Positions 23,919 through 34,562 of a stretch of 64,000 bases of DNA are shown here, in pieces. Position 1 is the first letter of the stretch; each line of letters starts with the position of its first letter. Source of the stretch: Heterodontus francisci. Taxonomy: Eukaryota. The translations under genes were made by a program, and so were the position numbers. The stretch is from the NCBI RefSeq assembly GCF_036365525.1, contig NC_090399.1, forward strand, positions 54,530,430 to 54,594,429, in the 5' to 3' direction. The notes beneath the pieces are model-generated. The model saw nothing but the letters and a program-made list of their open reading frames with translations. It was not told where the DNA came from and ran no database searches.

Positions 23919-26900
23919 GTGAGTGAGTGGGGACTGAGAGTCAGTGAAGGGGGCTAAGAGACGGTGAGGGGGGACTGAGTGTCAGTGAGGGGGGACTGAG
24001 TGTCAGTGAGAGGGAACTGAGAGTCAGTGAGGGAGAGGGGGACTGAGAGTCAGTGTGAGGGGGACTGAGAGTCAGTGTGGGGGGGACTGAGAGATGGTGA
24101 GGGGGGACTGAGAGACGGTGAGTGAGGGGGGGACTGAGAGACGGTGAGGGGGGACTGAGAGATGGTGAGTGAGGGGGGACTGAGAGTCAGTTAGGGGGGA
24201 CTGCGAGTCAGTGAGTGAGAGCGGGACTGAGAGTCAGTGAATGAGAGGGGGACTGAGAGTCAGTGAGGGGGGGACTGAGAGACGGTGAGGGGGGGACTGA
24301 GAGATGGTGAGTGAGGGGGTACAGAGGGTCAGTGAGGGGGGACTGAGAGACGGTGAGGGGGGACTGAGAGTCAGTGAGGGGGGACTGAGAGACGGTGAGG
24401 GGGGACTGAGAGACGGTGAGGGGGGACTGAGAGACGGTGAGGGGGGACTGAGAGACGGTGAGGGGGGACAGAGATGGTGAGGGGGGACAGAGATGGTGAG
24501 GGGGGACTGAGAGACGGTGAGGGGGGACTGAGAGACGGTGAGGGGGGACTGAGAGACGGTGAGTGAGTGGGGACTGAGAGTCAGTGAGGGGGACTGAGAG
24601 ACGGTGAAGGGGGACTGAGAGTCGGTGAAGGGGGACTGAGAGTCGGTGAGGGGGGACTGAGAGTCGGTGAGGGGGGACTGAGAGTCGGTGAGGGGGGACT
24701 GAGAGTCGGTGAGGGGGGACTGAGAGTCGGTGAGGGGGGACTGATAGACGGTGAGGGGGGACTGATAGACGGTGAGGGGGGACTGAGAGTCGGTGAGGGG
24801 GGACTGAGAGTCAGTGAGGGGGGACTGAGAGTCAGTGAGGGGGGACTGAGAGTCAGTGAGGGGGGACTGAGAGTCAGTGAGGGGGGACTGAGTCAGTGAG
24901 TGAGAGCGGGACTGAGAGTCAGTGAATGAGAGGGGGACTGAGAGATGGTGAGTGAGGGGGGACTGAGAGTCAGTGAGTGAGAGGGGGACTGAGAGTCAGT
25001 GAGGGGGGGACTGAGAGACGGTGAGGGGCGACTGAGAGTCAGTTAGGAGGGACTGAGAGTCAGTGAGTGAGAGGGGGACTGCGAGTCAGTTAGTGAGAGG
25101 GGGACTGAGAGTCAGTGAGTGAGAGCGGGACTGAGAGTCAGTGAATGAGAGGGGGCTGAGAGTCAGTGAGTGAGAGCGGGACTGCGAGTCAGTTAGTGAG
25201 AGGGGGACTGAGAGTCAGTGAGTGAGAGGGGGCTGAGAGTCAGTGAATGAGAGGGCGACTGAGAGTCAGTGAATGACAGGGGGCTGAGAGTCAGTGAGTG
25301 AGAGCGGGACTGCGAGTCAGTGAATGAGAGGGGGCTGAGAGACGGTGAGGGGGGACTGAGAGTCGGTGAGTGAGAGGGGGACTGAGAGTCAGTGAATGAG
25401 AGGGGGCTGAGAGTCAGTGAGTGAGAGGGGGCTGAGAGTCAGTGAGTGAGAGGGGGACTGAGAATCAGTGAATGAGAGGGGGCTGAGAGACGGTGAGGGG
25501 GGACTGAGAGTCGGTGAGTGAGAGGGGGACTGAGAGTCAGTGAATGAGAGGGGGCTGAGAGACGGTGAGGGGGGACTGAGAGTCGGTGAGTGAGAGGGGG
25601 ACTGAGAGTCAGTGAATGAGAGGGGGCTGAGAGACGGTGAGGGGGGACTGAGAGTCGGTGAGTGAGGGGGGACTGAGAAACGGTGAGTGAGAGGGGACTG
25701 AGAGACGGTGAATGAGAGGGGGCTGAGAGACGGTGAGTGAGGGGGGACTGAGAGACGGTGAGTGAGGGGGGACTGAGAGACGGTGAGGGGGGACTGAGAG
25801 TCGGTGAGTGAGAGCGGGACTGAGAGTTGGTGAGTGAGGGAGGACTGAGAGTCAGTGAGTGAGAGCGGGACTGAGAATCAGTGAGTGAGGGGGTTCTGAT
25901 AGTTGGTGAGTGAGGGAGGACTGAGAGTCAGTGAGTGAGAGGCGGACTGAGAGTCAGTGAGTGAGAGGCGGACTGAGAGTCAGTGAGTGAGAGGCGGACT
26001 GAGAGTCAGTGAGTGAGAGGCGGACTGAGAGTCAGTGAGTGAGAGGCGGACTGAGAGTCAGTGAGTGAGAGGCGGACTGAGAGTCAGTGAGTGAGAGGCG
26101 GACTGAGAGTCAGTGAGTGAGAGGGGGACTGAGAGTCAGTGAGTGAGAGGGGGACTGAGAGTCAGTGAGTGAGAGGGGGACTGAGAATCAGTGAGTGAGA
26201 GGGGGACTGAGAGTCAGTGAGTGAGAGGGGGACTGAGAATCAGTGAGTGAGAGGGGGACTGAGAGTCAGTGAGTGAGAGGGGGACTGAGAGTCAGTGAGT
26301 GAGAGGGGGACTGAGAGTCAGTGAGTGAGAGGGGGACTGAGAATCAGTGAGTGAGAGGGGGACTGAGAGTCAGTGAGTGAGAGGCGGACTGAGAGTCAGT
26401 GAGTGAGAGCGGGACTGAGAGTCAGTGAGTGAGGGGGTTCTGATAGTTGGTGAGTGAGGGGGGGACTGAGAGTCGGTGAGTGAGAGCGGGACTGAGAGTC
26501 AGTGAGTGAGGGGGTTCTGATAGTTGGTGAGTGAGGGGGGGACTGAGAGTCGGTGAGTGAGAGCGGGACTGAGAGTCAGTGAGTGAGGGGGTTCTGATAG
26601 TTGGTGAGTGAGGGAGGACTGAGAGTCAGTGAGTGAGAGGCGGACTGAGAATCAGTGAGTGAGGGGGTTCTGATAGTTGGTGAGTGAGGGAGGACTGAGA
26701 GTCAGTGAGCGAGGGAGGATTGAGAGTCAGTGAGTGAGGGGGTTCTGAGAGTTGGTGAGTGAGGGGGGACTGAGAGTCAGTGAGTGAGAGGGGGACTGAG
26801 AGTCGGTGAGTGAGGGGGTTCTGATAGTTGGTGAGTGAGGGAGGACTGAGAGTCAGTGAGTGAGGGAGGACTGAGAGTCAGTGAGTGAGGGAGGACTGAG

Positions 26901-26960
26901 AGTCAGTGAGTGAGGGAGGACTGAGAGTCAGTGAGTGAAGGGAATCCACTGAGAGTAAAT
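23919..26960 (+). repeat. G-rich minisatellite array 2 (about 22-28 bp unit GGGGGACTGAGAGTCAGTGAGTGAGA) filling the alpha2-alpha3 intron
   Basis: Read directly; begins at the exon's splice donor. Confidence 0.97.
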
Positions 26961-27110
26961 GGTGGGCGATTGATGTCCAGTAGTCTAATCCACAGTTTAA
27001 AGGAATATTTACCATTCCCTGGGGTCAGGGTTTCTAATGTCCAGTTTAAAGGGATATTTACCATTCCCTGTCTCTCTCACTGCCTTGCCTGTGATCTGTT
27101 TTACTCTCAG

Positions 27111-27336
27111 TTGCTCCTCAAGTGTTTCTTTCCGTGGACAAATGTCAGCTGCTAAACCGGCCAAACTCTCCTGCCTCATCACAGGATTTTACCCTCGTAA
27201 TATCAAAGTTATCCTCCTGAGAAATGGCAAGTCAATTGAGAAAAAAATATACCACTGGCATCCTGCCCAACCAAAATGGCACCTACCAGTTTTGGAGATG
27301 GGTTCAGATCGAGTCTGAGGATGGAGTCACCTATTC
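27111..27336 (+). pseudogene. MHC class I-like alpha3 (Ig C1) exon, 5' part
   Basis: Acceptor TTTTACTCTCAG| with phase 1 gives (V)APQVFLS. A frameshift leads to AKPAKLSCLITGFYPRNIKVILLRNGKSIEK, and a second shift in an A7 run to YTTGILPNQNGTYQFWRWVQIESEDGVTYS. The exon is then cut by a CR1. Confidence 0.9.
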
Positions 27337-29161
27337 ACAAGAACATAAGAACACAACAAGACAAGAAATGGGAACAGGAGTAGACCATATGGCCCATCGA
27401 GCCTGCTCTGCCATTCAATACCATTATGGCTGATCTTGGGCTTCAATTCCAATTTCCTGCCCGCTCCCTATATCCCTTGATTCCCTGCGAGTCCAAAAAT
27501 CTATCTATCCCAGCCTTAAATGTATCCAATATTGGAGCATTTGCAATCCTCTGGGGTGGAGAATTCCAAAGATTCACAACCCTTTGAGTGAAGTAATTTC
27601 TCCTCATCTCAGTCCTGAATGATTGGCTCCTTATCCTGACACTGTGTCCCCATGTTCTAGATTCCCCGAACAGTGGGAACAATCTCTCAGCTTCTATCAT
27701 ATCAAGCTCTTTCAGAATCTTGTATGTCTCAATTAGATCACCTCTCACTCTTCTAAACTCCAGAGAATATAGGCCCAATTTACACAGCCTCTCGTCATCG
27801 GACAACACCCTCATCCCAGGGACCAACTCGGCAAATCTTCGCTGCACTGCCTCCAGTGCAAGTATATCCTTTCTTAAATGTGGAGACCAAAACTGCACAC
27901 AGTATTCCAGGTGCAGTCTCACCAAAGCCCTGTACAGTTTCAATAAGACTTCCTTATTCCTGTATTCCAATCAACTTGCAATAAAGGATAACATGCAATT
28001 TGCCTTCCTAACAGCCTGCGACACCTGCTCTCGGTGCGTTCCTTGTACAAGTACCCCCAAGCCTCGCTGAACATCAACACTTACCAGTTTCATACCTTTT
28101 AAAAAATATTCTGCTTTTCTATTTTTATGACCAAAGTGAACAACTTCACACTTCCCTACATTATACTCCATCTGCCATCTTGTTGCCCACTTGCTTAACC
28201 TGTTCTATATCTCTTTGCAGCCTCTCTACATCCTCTCTGCAGCTTACCTTTCCATCGAGCTTTGTATCATCAGCAAACTTAGATATATTACTCTCTGTCT
28301 CTTCATCCCAGTCATTAATATTGAGTGTAAATAGCTGAGGCCCCAGCACTGATCCTTGTGGCACCCCAATATTCTCTGCCAGACAACTTGAAAATGCCCC
28401 ATTCATGCTCACTCTCTGTTTCCTATCTGTTAACCAACCCTCTATCCACGCTAATATATTACCCCAAACACCATGAGCCATTATCTTGCTTATTAATCTT
28501 TTATGTGGCACCTTATCGAATGCCTTTTGAAAATCCAAGTATACAACCTCTACTGGTCACCCTTTATCTACCCTACTAGTTTCATCCTCAAAAAACTCTA
28601 ATAAAATTGTCAAACAGGATCTCCCTTTAGTAAAACCTTGCTGACTTGTTCTAATCATGCTATGCTTTTCCAAGTGTAATGTTAAGACTTCTTTAACAAT
28701 AGTTTCCAGCATCTTCCCAATGATTGATGTTCGGCTAATTGGCCTGCAGTTGCCTGTTTTCTCTCTACCTCCATCTTGCAAAGCAGTGTAACATTTGCCA
28801 ACTTACAATCTGATGGGACCATTCCTGAATCTAAGGCATTCTGGAAAATCATAGCCATCCACTATCTCTGCAGCTATCTCTTTTAGAACCCTAAGATGCA
28901 GGCCATCTGGTCCTGGGGACTTGTCAGATTTTAGTCCCTCAAGTTTCTCCAATACTTCTGCTTGGCTGTTATCAATATCCTTAATTTCCGCATGCTTTTA
29001 GCCCCCAGGTTACTGCCTATTTCTGGTATGGAACTGTGTCTTCTACTGTGAAGACAGACACAAAATATTTGTTGAATGCCTCTGCAATTACCTCATTTCC
29101 CATGATGATTTCTCCTGTCTCTGCCTCTAAGGGGCCAACATCTACTTTCGCTACTCTCTTC
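27337..29161 (-). mobile_element. 5'-truncated CR1 LINE inserted antisense in the alpha3 exon
   Basis: Minus-strand ORFs [48 protein letters not shown]. Simple-repeat tail at 27337-27365. TTC shared at both junctions. Confidence 0.93.
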
Positions 29162-29211
29162 CTGTCAGTATGAGCAGAGCAGAAACGGAGGAGTGGAGAG
29201 CCGAGACTGGG
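29162..29211 (+). pseudogene. MHC class I-like alpha3 exon, 3' remainder
   Basis: Removing the CR1 restores TAT TCC TGT CAG TAT GAG CAG AGC.. = YSCQYEQSRNGGVESRDW, followed by G|ATAAGA (donor GT mutated to AT). Confidence 0.82.
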
Positions 29212-29351
29212 ATAAGAGGAACAGTGACTGCAAGGGTACTGTCTGTCAGTGATGTTTAAAGATGGTTATAATTACCTCTACTCATTCTGCCTTCCAAAAT
29301 CAATCACTTCACACTTCTCTGCATGAAATTGCATCTGCTGTGTGTCGGTCC

Positions 29352-31022
29352 ACAACTTCTCCTTCAACTCCACGCACTTCAAGTAAAAGGTGTTGCTATG
29401 GATACCCGCATGGGTCCTAGTTATGCCTGTCTTTTTGTGGGATATGTCGAGCATTCTTTGTTCCAGTCCTACTCAGGCCCCCTCCCCCAACTCTTTTTCC
29501 GGTACATTGATGACTGTATCGGTGCCGTTTCCTGCTCCCGCCCCGAACTAGAAAACTTTATCAACTTTGCTTCCAATTTCCACCCTTCTCTCACCTTTAC
29601 ATGGTCCATCTCTGACACTTCCCTTCCCTTCCTCGACTTCTCTGTCTCCATCTCTGGGGATAGGTTGTCTACCAACATCCATTATAAGCCCACTGACTCC
29701 CACAGCTACCTCGACTACACTTCTTCACACCCTACCTCCTGTAAGGACTCCATTCCATTCTCCCAGTTTCTCTGTCTCCGACGCATCTGCTCTGATGATG
29801 CTACCTTCCATGACGGTGCTTCTGATATGACCTCCTTTTTCCTCAACCGAGGATTTCCCCCCACTGTGGTTGACAGGGCCCTCAACCGTGTCCGACCCAT
29901 TCCCCACACCTCTACCCTCACCCCTTCCCCTCCCTCCCAGAACCGTGACAGGGTTCCCCTTGTCCTCACTTTTCATCCCACCAGCCTCCATATCCAAAGG
30001 ATCATCCTCCGCCATTTTCGCCACCTCCAGCGTGATGCCACTACCAGTCGCATCTTCCCCTCCCTTCCCCTGTCAGCATTCCGAAGGGATCGTTCCCTCC
30101 GCGACACCCTGGTCCACTCCTCCATTACCCCCACCACCTCGTCCCCGTCCCAGGGCACCTTCCCCTGCAATCGCAGGAGGTGTAATACCTGCCCATTTAC
30201 CTCCTCACTCCTCACTATCCCAGGCCCCAAACACTCCTTTCAGGTGAAGCAGCGATTTACTTGTACTTCTTTCAATGTAGTATACTGTATTCGCTGCTCA
30301 CAGTGTGGTCTCCTCTACATTGGGGAAACCAAGCACAGACTGGGTGACCGCTTTGCGGAACATCTCCGCTCAGTCCGCAAGCAGGACCCTGAGCTTCTGG
30401 TTGCTTGCCATTTCAACACTCCCCCCTGCTCTCATGCTCACATCTCTGTCCTGGGATTGCTGCAGTGTTCCAGTGAACATCAACGCAAGCTCGAGGAACA
30501 GCATCTCATCTACCGATTAGGCACACTACAGCCTGCTGGACTGAACATTGAGTTCAATAATTTCAGAGCATGACAGCCCCCCATTTTACTTTCATTTTTA
30601 GTTATTTTTTCTTCCTTGTTTTTACATTCTTTTTTACAATCTTTTTTTTGCATTTATTTCATTTTATCTTAGTTTGTTCAGTTTGCTTACCCACTGTTTT
30701 TTTTCAGGTTTGCACTTGCTGCTGTTCAATATTCAGTGTATTTACACCTAATCTGTACTAATGCTTTGTCTTTCAACACACCATTAACATATTGTTTGCC
30801 TTTGCTCCGTGACCTTTTGGTCAGCTATGTGGCCTGGTCCAATCTACACCTTCTCCTTTGTTATCTCTTGCCCCACCCCTACCTCACTTGCTTATAATCT
30901 GTGACTTTTCTAATATTTGTCAGTTCTGAAGAAGGGTCACTGACCCAAAACGTTAACTCTGCTTCTCTTTCCACAGATGCTGCCAGATCTGCTGAGTGAT
31001 TCCAGCATTACTTGTTTTTATT
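29352..31022 (+). mobile_element. Penelope-like element (Neptune-type), 5'-truncated, with 3' pLTR
   Basis: RT plus GIY-YIG ORF followed by a T-rich 3' region and a hammerhead-like motif at 30922-30958. Confidence 0.93.
29383..30573 (+). CDS. PLE reverse transcriptase C-half, Cys-rich linker and GIY-YIG endonuclease (partial)
   Basis: KGVAM..MGPSYACLF, FFRYIDD, LPFLD, YKPTD..YL..TSSHP, PCNRRRCNTC, NVVYCIRC..CGLLYIGET..LGDRFAEH. Uninterrupted for about 395 codons. Confidence 0.9.
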   Translation, partial: VKGVAMDTRMGPSYACLFVGYVEHSLFQSYSGPLPQLFFRYIDDCIGAVSCSRPELENFINFASNFHPSLTFTWSISDTSLPFLDFSVSISGDRLSTNIHYKPTDSHSYLDYTSSHPTSCKDSIPFSQFLCLRRICSDDATFHDGASDMTSFFLNRGFPPTVVDRALNRVRPIPHTSTLTPSPPSQNRDRVPLVLTFHPTSLHIQRIILRHFRHLQRDATTSRIFPSLPLSAFRRDRSLRDTLVHSSITPTTSSPSQGTFPCNRRRCNTCPFTSSLLTIPGPKHSFQVKQRFTCTSFNVVYCIRCSQCGLLYIGETKHRLGDRFAEHLRSVRKQDPELLVACHFNTPPCSHAHISVLGLLQCSSEHQRKLEEQHLIYRLGTLQPAGLNIEFNNFRA

Positions 31023-31024
31023 CC

Positions 31025-31510
31025 GTAGTCTGTCTATGTGCTGCTGAAGTCTGATCAAGTCCTCCTCCTTGTTTAATGCATTTCTGAGTTTTGGGTTTAG
31101 CTTTGAATTTACACCCTCTATACTCAAATCCAGGACATTAACATATATCAAAAAGAACAGTGATCCTAATGCAACCCCCTGGGGAACTCCACTGTATACG
31201 TCCCTCCACTCTGAAATACATAAATTCATGAGTCTCTCAGACTCATTGTAAATGCCGTCTCCACGTACCCACTGCCCCACTAATTCCATAGACTTCAATT
31301 TTACTCACAAGTCTATAATTTGGCCCTTTGTCAAGTACCTTTTGAAAGTTCAAATACACAACATCAACAACACTATTCTCATCAATCCTTTCCATTACTT
31401 GATCAAAGAACTCAAATCAAAACTGTCAGACACGATTTGCCTTTAGCAGTTGCCTGTTGGCTGTGGATTTATTAACTCATGTTTTTTAAAGTGATAATTA
31501 ATTTTGTTCT
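31025..31510 (-). mobile_element. Old CR1 RT fragment
   Basis: SEWRDVYSGVPQGVALGSLFFLIYVN in ORF 31008-31298. Confidence 0.8.
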
Positions 31511-31519
31511 GGATTATTT

Positions 31520-31715
31520 CAACATTAATGAGAGGATATAGTAATGGAAAGCAATCAACGGAGACTCCGGTTAGAATTAGGAAATAAGAAAAGACTTAAA
31601 ACTCTAATGGGATTTGTCTACAGGTGTCCTTATAACAGCTATGAAGTGATACAGAGTTTATTAATTCAGAGATTGGAGAGGCTTGTAGCAAATGAAGAGT
31701 TAGCTTAATGGGAGT
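31520..31715 (+). mobile_element. Degenerate CR1 AP-endonuclease fragment
   Basis: Translates as ELGNKKRLKTLMGFVYRCP, similar to CR1 ELRNKKG..TL.GVVYRPP. Confidence 0.55.
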
Positions 31716-31719
31716 AGCT

Positions 31720-32075
31720 CATTTGATCAGCACCCTATCCATCACCTGCAACATTCACTCCTTCTACTACCACCGGTGCACCGTGGCAGCAGTTTGTACC
31801 ATCTACAAGATGCACTGCAGCAACTCACCAAGACTCCTTCGACAGCACCTTCCAAACCCGCGACCTCTACCACCTAGAAAAACAAAGACAGTAGACGCAT
31901 GGGAACACTACCGCATGCAAGTTCCCCTCCAAGCCACACACCATCCTGACTTGGAACTATATCACCGTTCCTTCACTGGGTCAAAGATCTGGAACTCCCT
32001 AACAGCATTGCAGGTGTAGTTACACCAGAAGGATTGCTGTGATTCAAGAAAGCAGCTCACCACCAGCTCCTGAAG
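31720..32075 (+). mobile_element. LINE 3' fragment (CR1/L2-group)
   Basis: HRCTVAAVCTIYKMHCSNSPRLLRQHLPNP...WNSL, typical LINE ORF2 C-terminus. Confidence 0.75.
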
Positions 32076-32080
32076 GAAAA

Positions 32081-33112
32081 GGGAGAGACAGTGGCATACA
32101 GGTAATGTCACTGAACTAGTAATGCAGAGGATTACTGTCCTGGGATTGCTGCAGTGTTCCAGTGAACATCAATGCAAGCTCGAGGAACAGCATCTCATTT
32201 ACTGATTCGGCACTCTACAGCCTGCCGGACAGAACACTGAGTTCAATAATTTCAGAGCATGACAGGCCCCCCATTTTACTTTTATTTTTAGTCATTTTTT
32301 CTTTTTTCTTTTTTACATTTTTTTTGCGTTTATTTTATTTTATTTCATCTTAATTTGTTCAGTTTGCTTACCCACTGTTTTTTTTTCATGTTTATACTTG
32401 CGGCTGTTCAATTTTCAGTCCATTAACACCCTATCTGTACTAATGCTTTGTCTTTCAACACACCATGAACATATTGTTTGCCTTTGCTCCACGACCTTCT
32501 GGTCAGCTATTCTGTGACCTTGTCCTATCTACACCTTCTCCTTTGTTATCCCTTGCCCCACCCCCGCATTACTTGCTTATAACCTTTGACATTTCTAATA
32601 TTTGCCAGTTCTGAAGAAGGGTTCTGAAACGTTACCTCTGCTTCTCTCTCCACAGATGCTGCCAGACCTGCTGAGTATTTCCAGCATTTCTTGTTTTTAT
32701 TTCTGATTTCCATCATCCACAGTATTTTGCTTTTATTGTAGTAATCCAGGGGCCTGGGCTAATGGCAAGGGGTCACAGGTTCAAATCCCCTCATGGCAGT
32801 TGGTGGATTTAAATTCAATTAATTCATAAAGTTCAAGTCATTAATAAAAATCTGGAATTGAAAGCTAGTCTCAGTCATGGTGTCATGAAATTATCATCAT
32901 TTGTGATAAAACCCCATCTGGTTTAGGGAAGGAAATCTGCCTTTCTGATCTGGCCTGCATGTGACTCCAGACCCACAGCAATGTGGTTAACTCTTAACTG
33001 CTCTCTGAAATGGCCTGGCAAGCCATTTAGTTGCCAAGGGCAATTAGCGATGGGCAACAAATGCTGGTCTTGCCAGCAATGCTCATATCCCATGAATGAA
33101 TAATACAAAAAA
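32081..33112 (+). mobile_element. tRNA-derived SINE interrupted by a Penelope fragment
   Basis: A-box-like GTGGCATACAGG, B-box GGTTCAAATCC (about 32778), tail ATGAATGAATAATACAAAAAA. Confidence 0.75.
32131..32738 (+). mobile_element. Penelope-like 3' fragment (EN end plus pLTR) with 14-bp TSD
   Basis: Similar to 30445-31020. Flanked by TAGTAATGCAGAGG / TAGTAATCCAGGGG. Confidence 0.88.
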
Positions 33113-33129
33113 ATCCACGCCATTATTAA

Positions 33130-33585
33130 GCCTACCTATTTTCACCTCCATAACATCCCACGACTCTGCCTTTGCTACCTCGAGACTCAATTATTCCAGT
33201 GCACTCCTGGCTGGCCCCTCACATTCAATCCTCGATAAACCTGAGGCCATCCAAACTCTGCTACCTGTGTCCCATTCACCGATCACCCCAGTGCTCGCTG
33301 ACTTACATTGCCTTCTAGTCAAGCACAAACTCAGTTTTAAAATTTTCATGTTTGTTTTCAAATGCCTCCATGGCCTGGCCCCTCCCCATTTCTGTAATCT
33401 CCAGCCCCACAACCCTCCGAGATATCTGCGCTTATCTAATTCTGGCCATTTAATCATCCCTGATTTTAATTTGTGGCGGTGCCTTCAGCTGCCGAGGCCC
33501 TAAGCTCTGGAATTCCCTCCCTAAACTGCTCTATGTCTCTTGTTCCTTGTAACCTACCTCTTTGACTAAGCTTTTTGGCCATCTG
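33130..33585 (+). mobile_element. L2-clade LINE 3' fragment
   Basis: SRLNYSSALLAG..ITPVLADLHCL..FKI..VFKCLHGLAP, the L2 ORF2 C-terminal signature. Confidence 0.82.
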
Positions 33586-33898
33586 TGTGTTTGGATGCTT
33601 CCTTTCCTCGTTCTGGGTAGCCTTTGCATGTGAACAAATGGAGTTCTGGCATGTGCTCAAGGTTAACACAGCATGGGAGCAGGGGAGTGAAAAACACATG
33701 GGTGGCCCTCCCTAAGTTAGAATGTTTAAATATCCTTTCAGAGGAGGCTGTGGCTTAAGAGATTTTCCCGAGATAAAGCGATCCGAAACATCCCAATGAT
33801 CCAATTCACATTGCCGCCCATCAATGTTTTAGACCAGATGTTTCATCCAATCACAGCTGGATCAATACCTAAATTCCAAACCAGAGCTCAGCACGGTC

Positions 33899-34070
33899 TA
33901 AAGGAATGGGATCAGGTCCCATAGAATTAAGAGAATGGAACCATATCCCAGTGAATTAAAGGAACGGGATCAGATCTCAGTGAATAAACAGAATGTGATC
34001 AGATCCCAGTGAATTAAAGGAATGGGAACAAATCCCAGTAAATTTAGAGAATGAGGTCAGCTCCCAGCTA
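33899..34070 (+). repeat. Degenerate about 30-bp tandem repeat (AAAGGAATGGGATCAGATCCCAGTGAATT), about 6 copies
   Basis: Read directly. Confidence 0.75.
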
Positions 34071-34207
34071 TAGCACTGAGCGTGATCATAGATTACATCA
34101 TTAACTGAGTGGAAAGTCGAGTTTGATGAGTAGTAGGTGAGTAGGTCAGACCAAAATTTAGTCTGAACATTTAGAAATTAGCTTCAAACTTTGAAATCTG
34201 CATATTG

Positions 34208-34562
34208 GGTTAACAGTGTTAGTCAGGTTAATGTGGAACAGTGCTAGTTATGTTAACAGTGTAATTTAAGTTAACAGTGTAATTTAAGTTAACAGTGTAA
34301 TTTAAGTTAACAGTGCAAGCCAGGATAACAGAGAACAGTAAAATAAAAGCAAAATACTGCAGATGCTGGAAATCTGAAACAAAAACAAGAAATGCTGGAA
34401 TCACTCAGCAGGAGTTCCGAAGAAGGGTCACTGACCCGAAACGTTAACTCTGCTTCTCTTTCCACAGATGCTGCCAGACCTGCTGAGTGATTCCAGCATT
34501 TCTTGTTTTTGTAACAGAGAACAGTGTTCGGTTAACAGTGTAAGTCAGGTTAACAGTGAACA
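34208..34562 (+). repeat. About 18-bp tandem repeat (GTTAACAGTGTAATTTAA) interrupted by a Penelope mini-insertion
   Basis: Read directly. Confidence 0.75.
34340..34511. mobile_element. Penelope pLTR-only mini element with inverted termini and 14-bp TSD
   Basis: TSD TAACAGAGAACAGT at 34326-34339 and 34512-34525. Perfect 34-bp inverted repeat at 34379-34412 / 34479-34512. Confidence 0.88.

Noticed and set aside
23701-23922. ORF-track 73-aa protein as a complete gene
   Set aside because: It is one frame of a frameshifted alpha2 exon; the first Cys motif (YGC) is in another frame.
1-26960. True AID-targeted immunoglobulin switch region
   Set aside because: AGCT hotspots are very rare in the arrays and no Ig constant exons are adjacent. 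Only the G-skew analogy is kept.
33742-33920. About 60 open codons after TATCCTTTCAG as a possible + strand exon
   Set aside because: No TM segment, no recognisable homology and no convincing donor.
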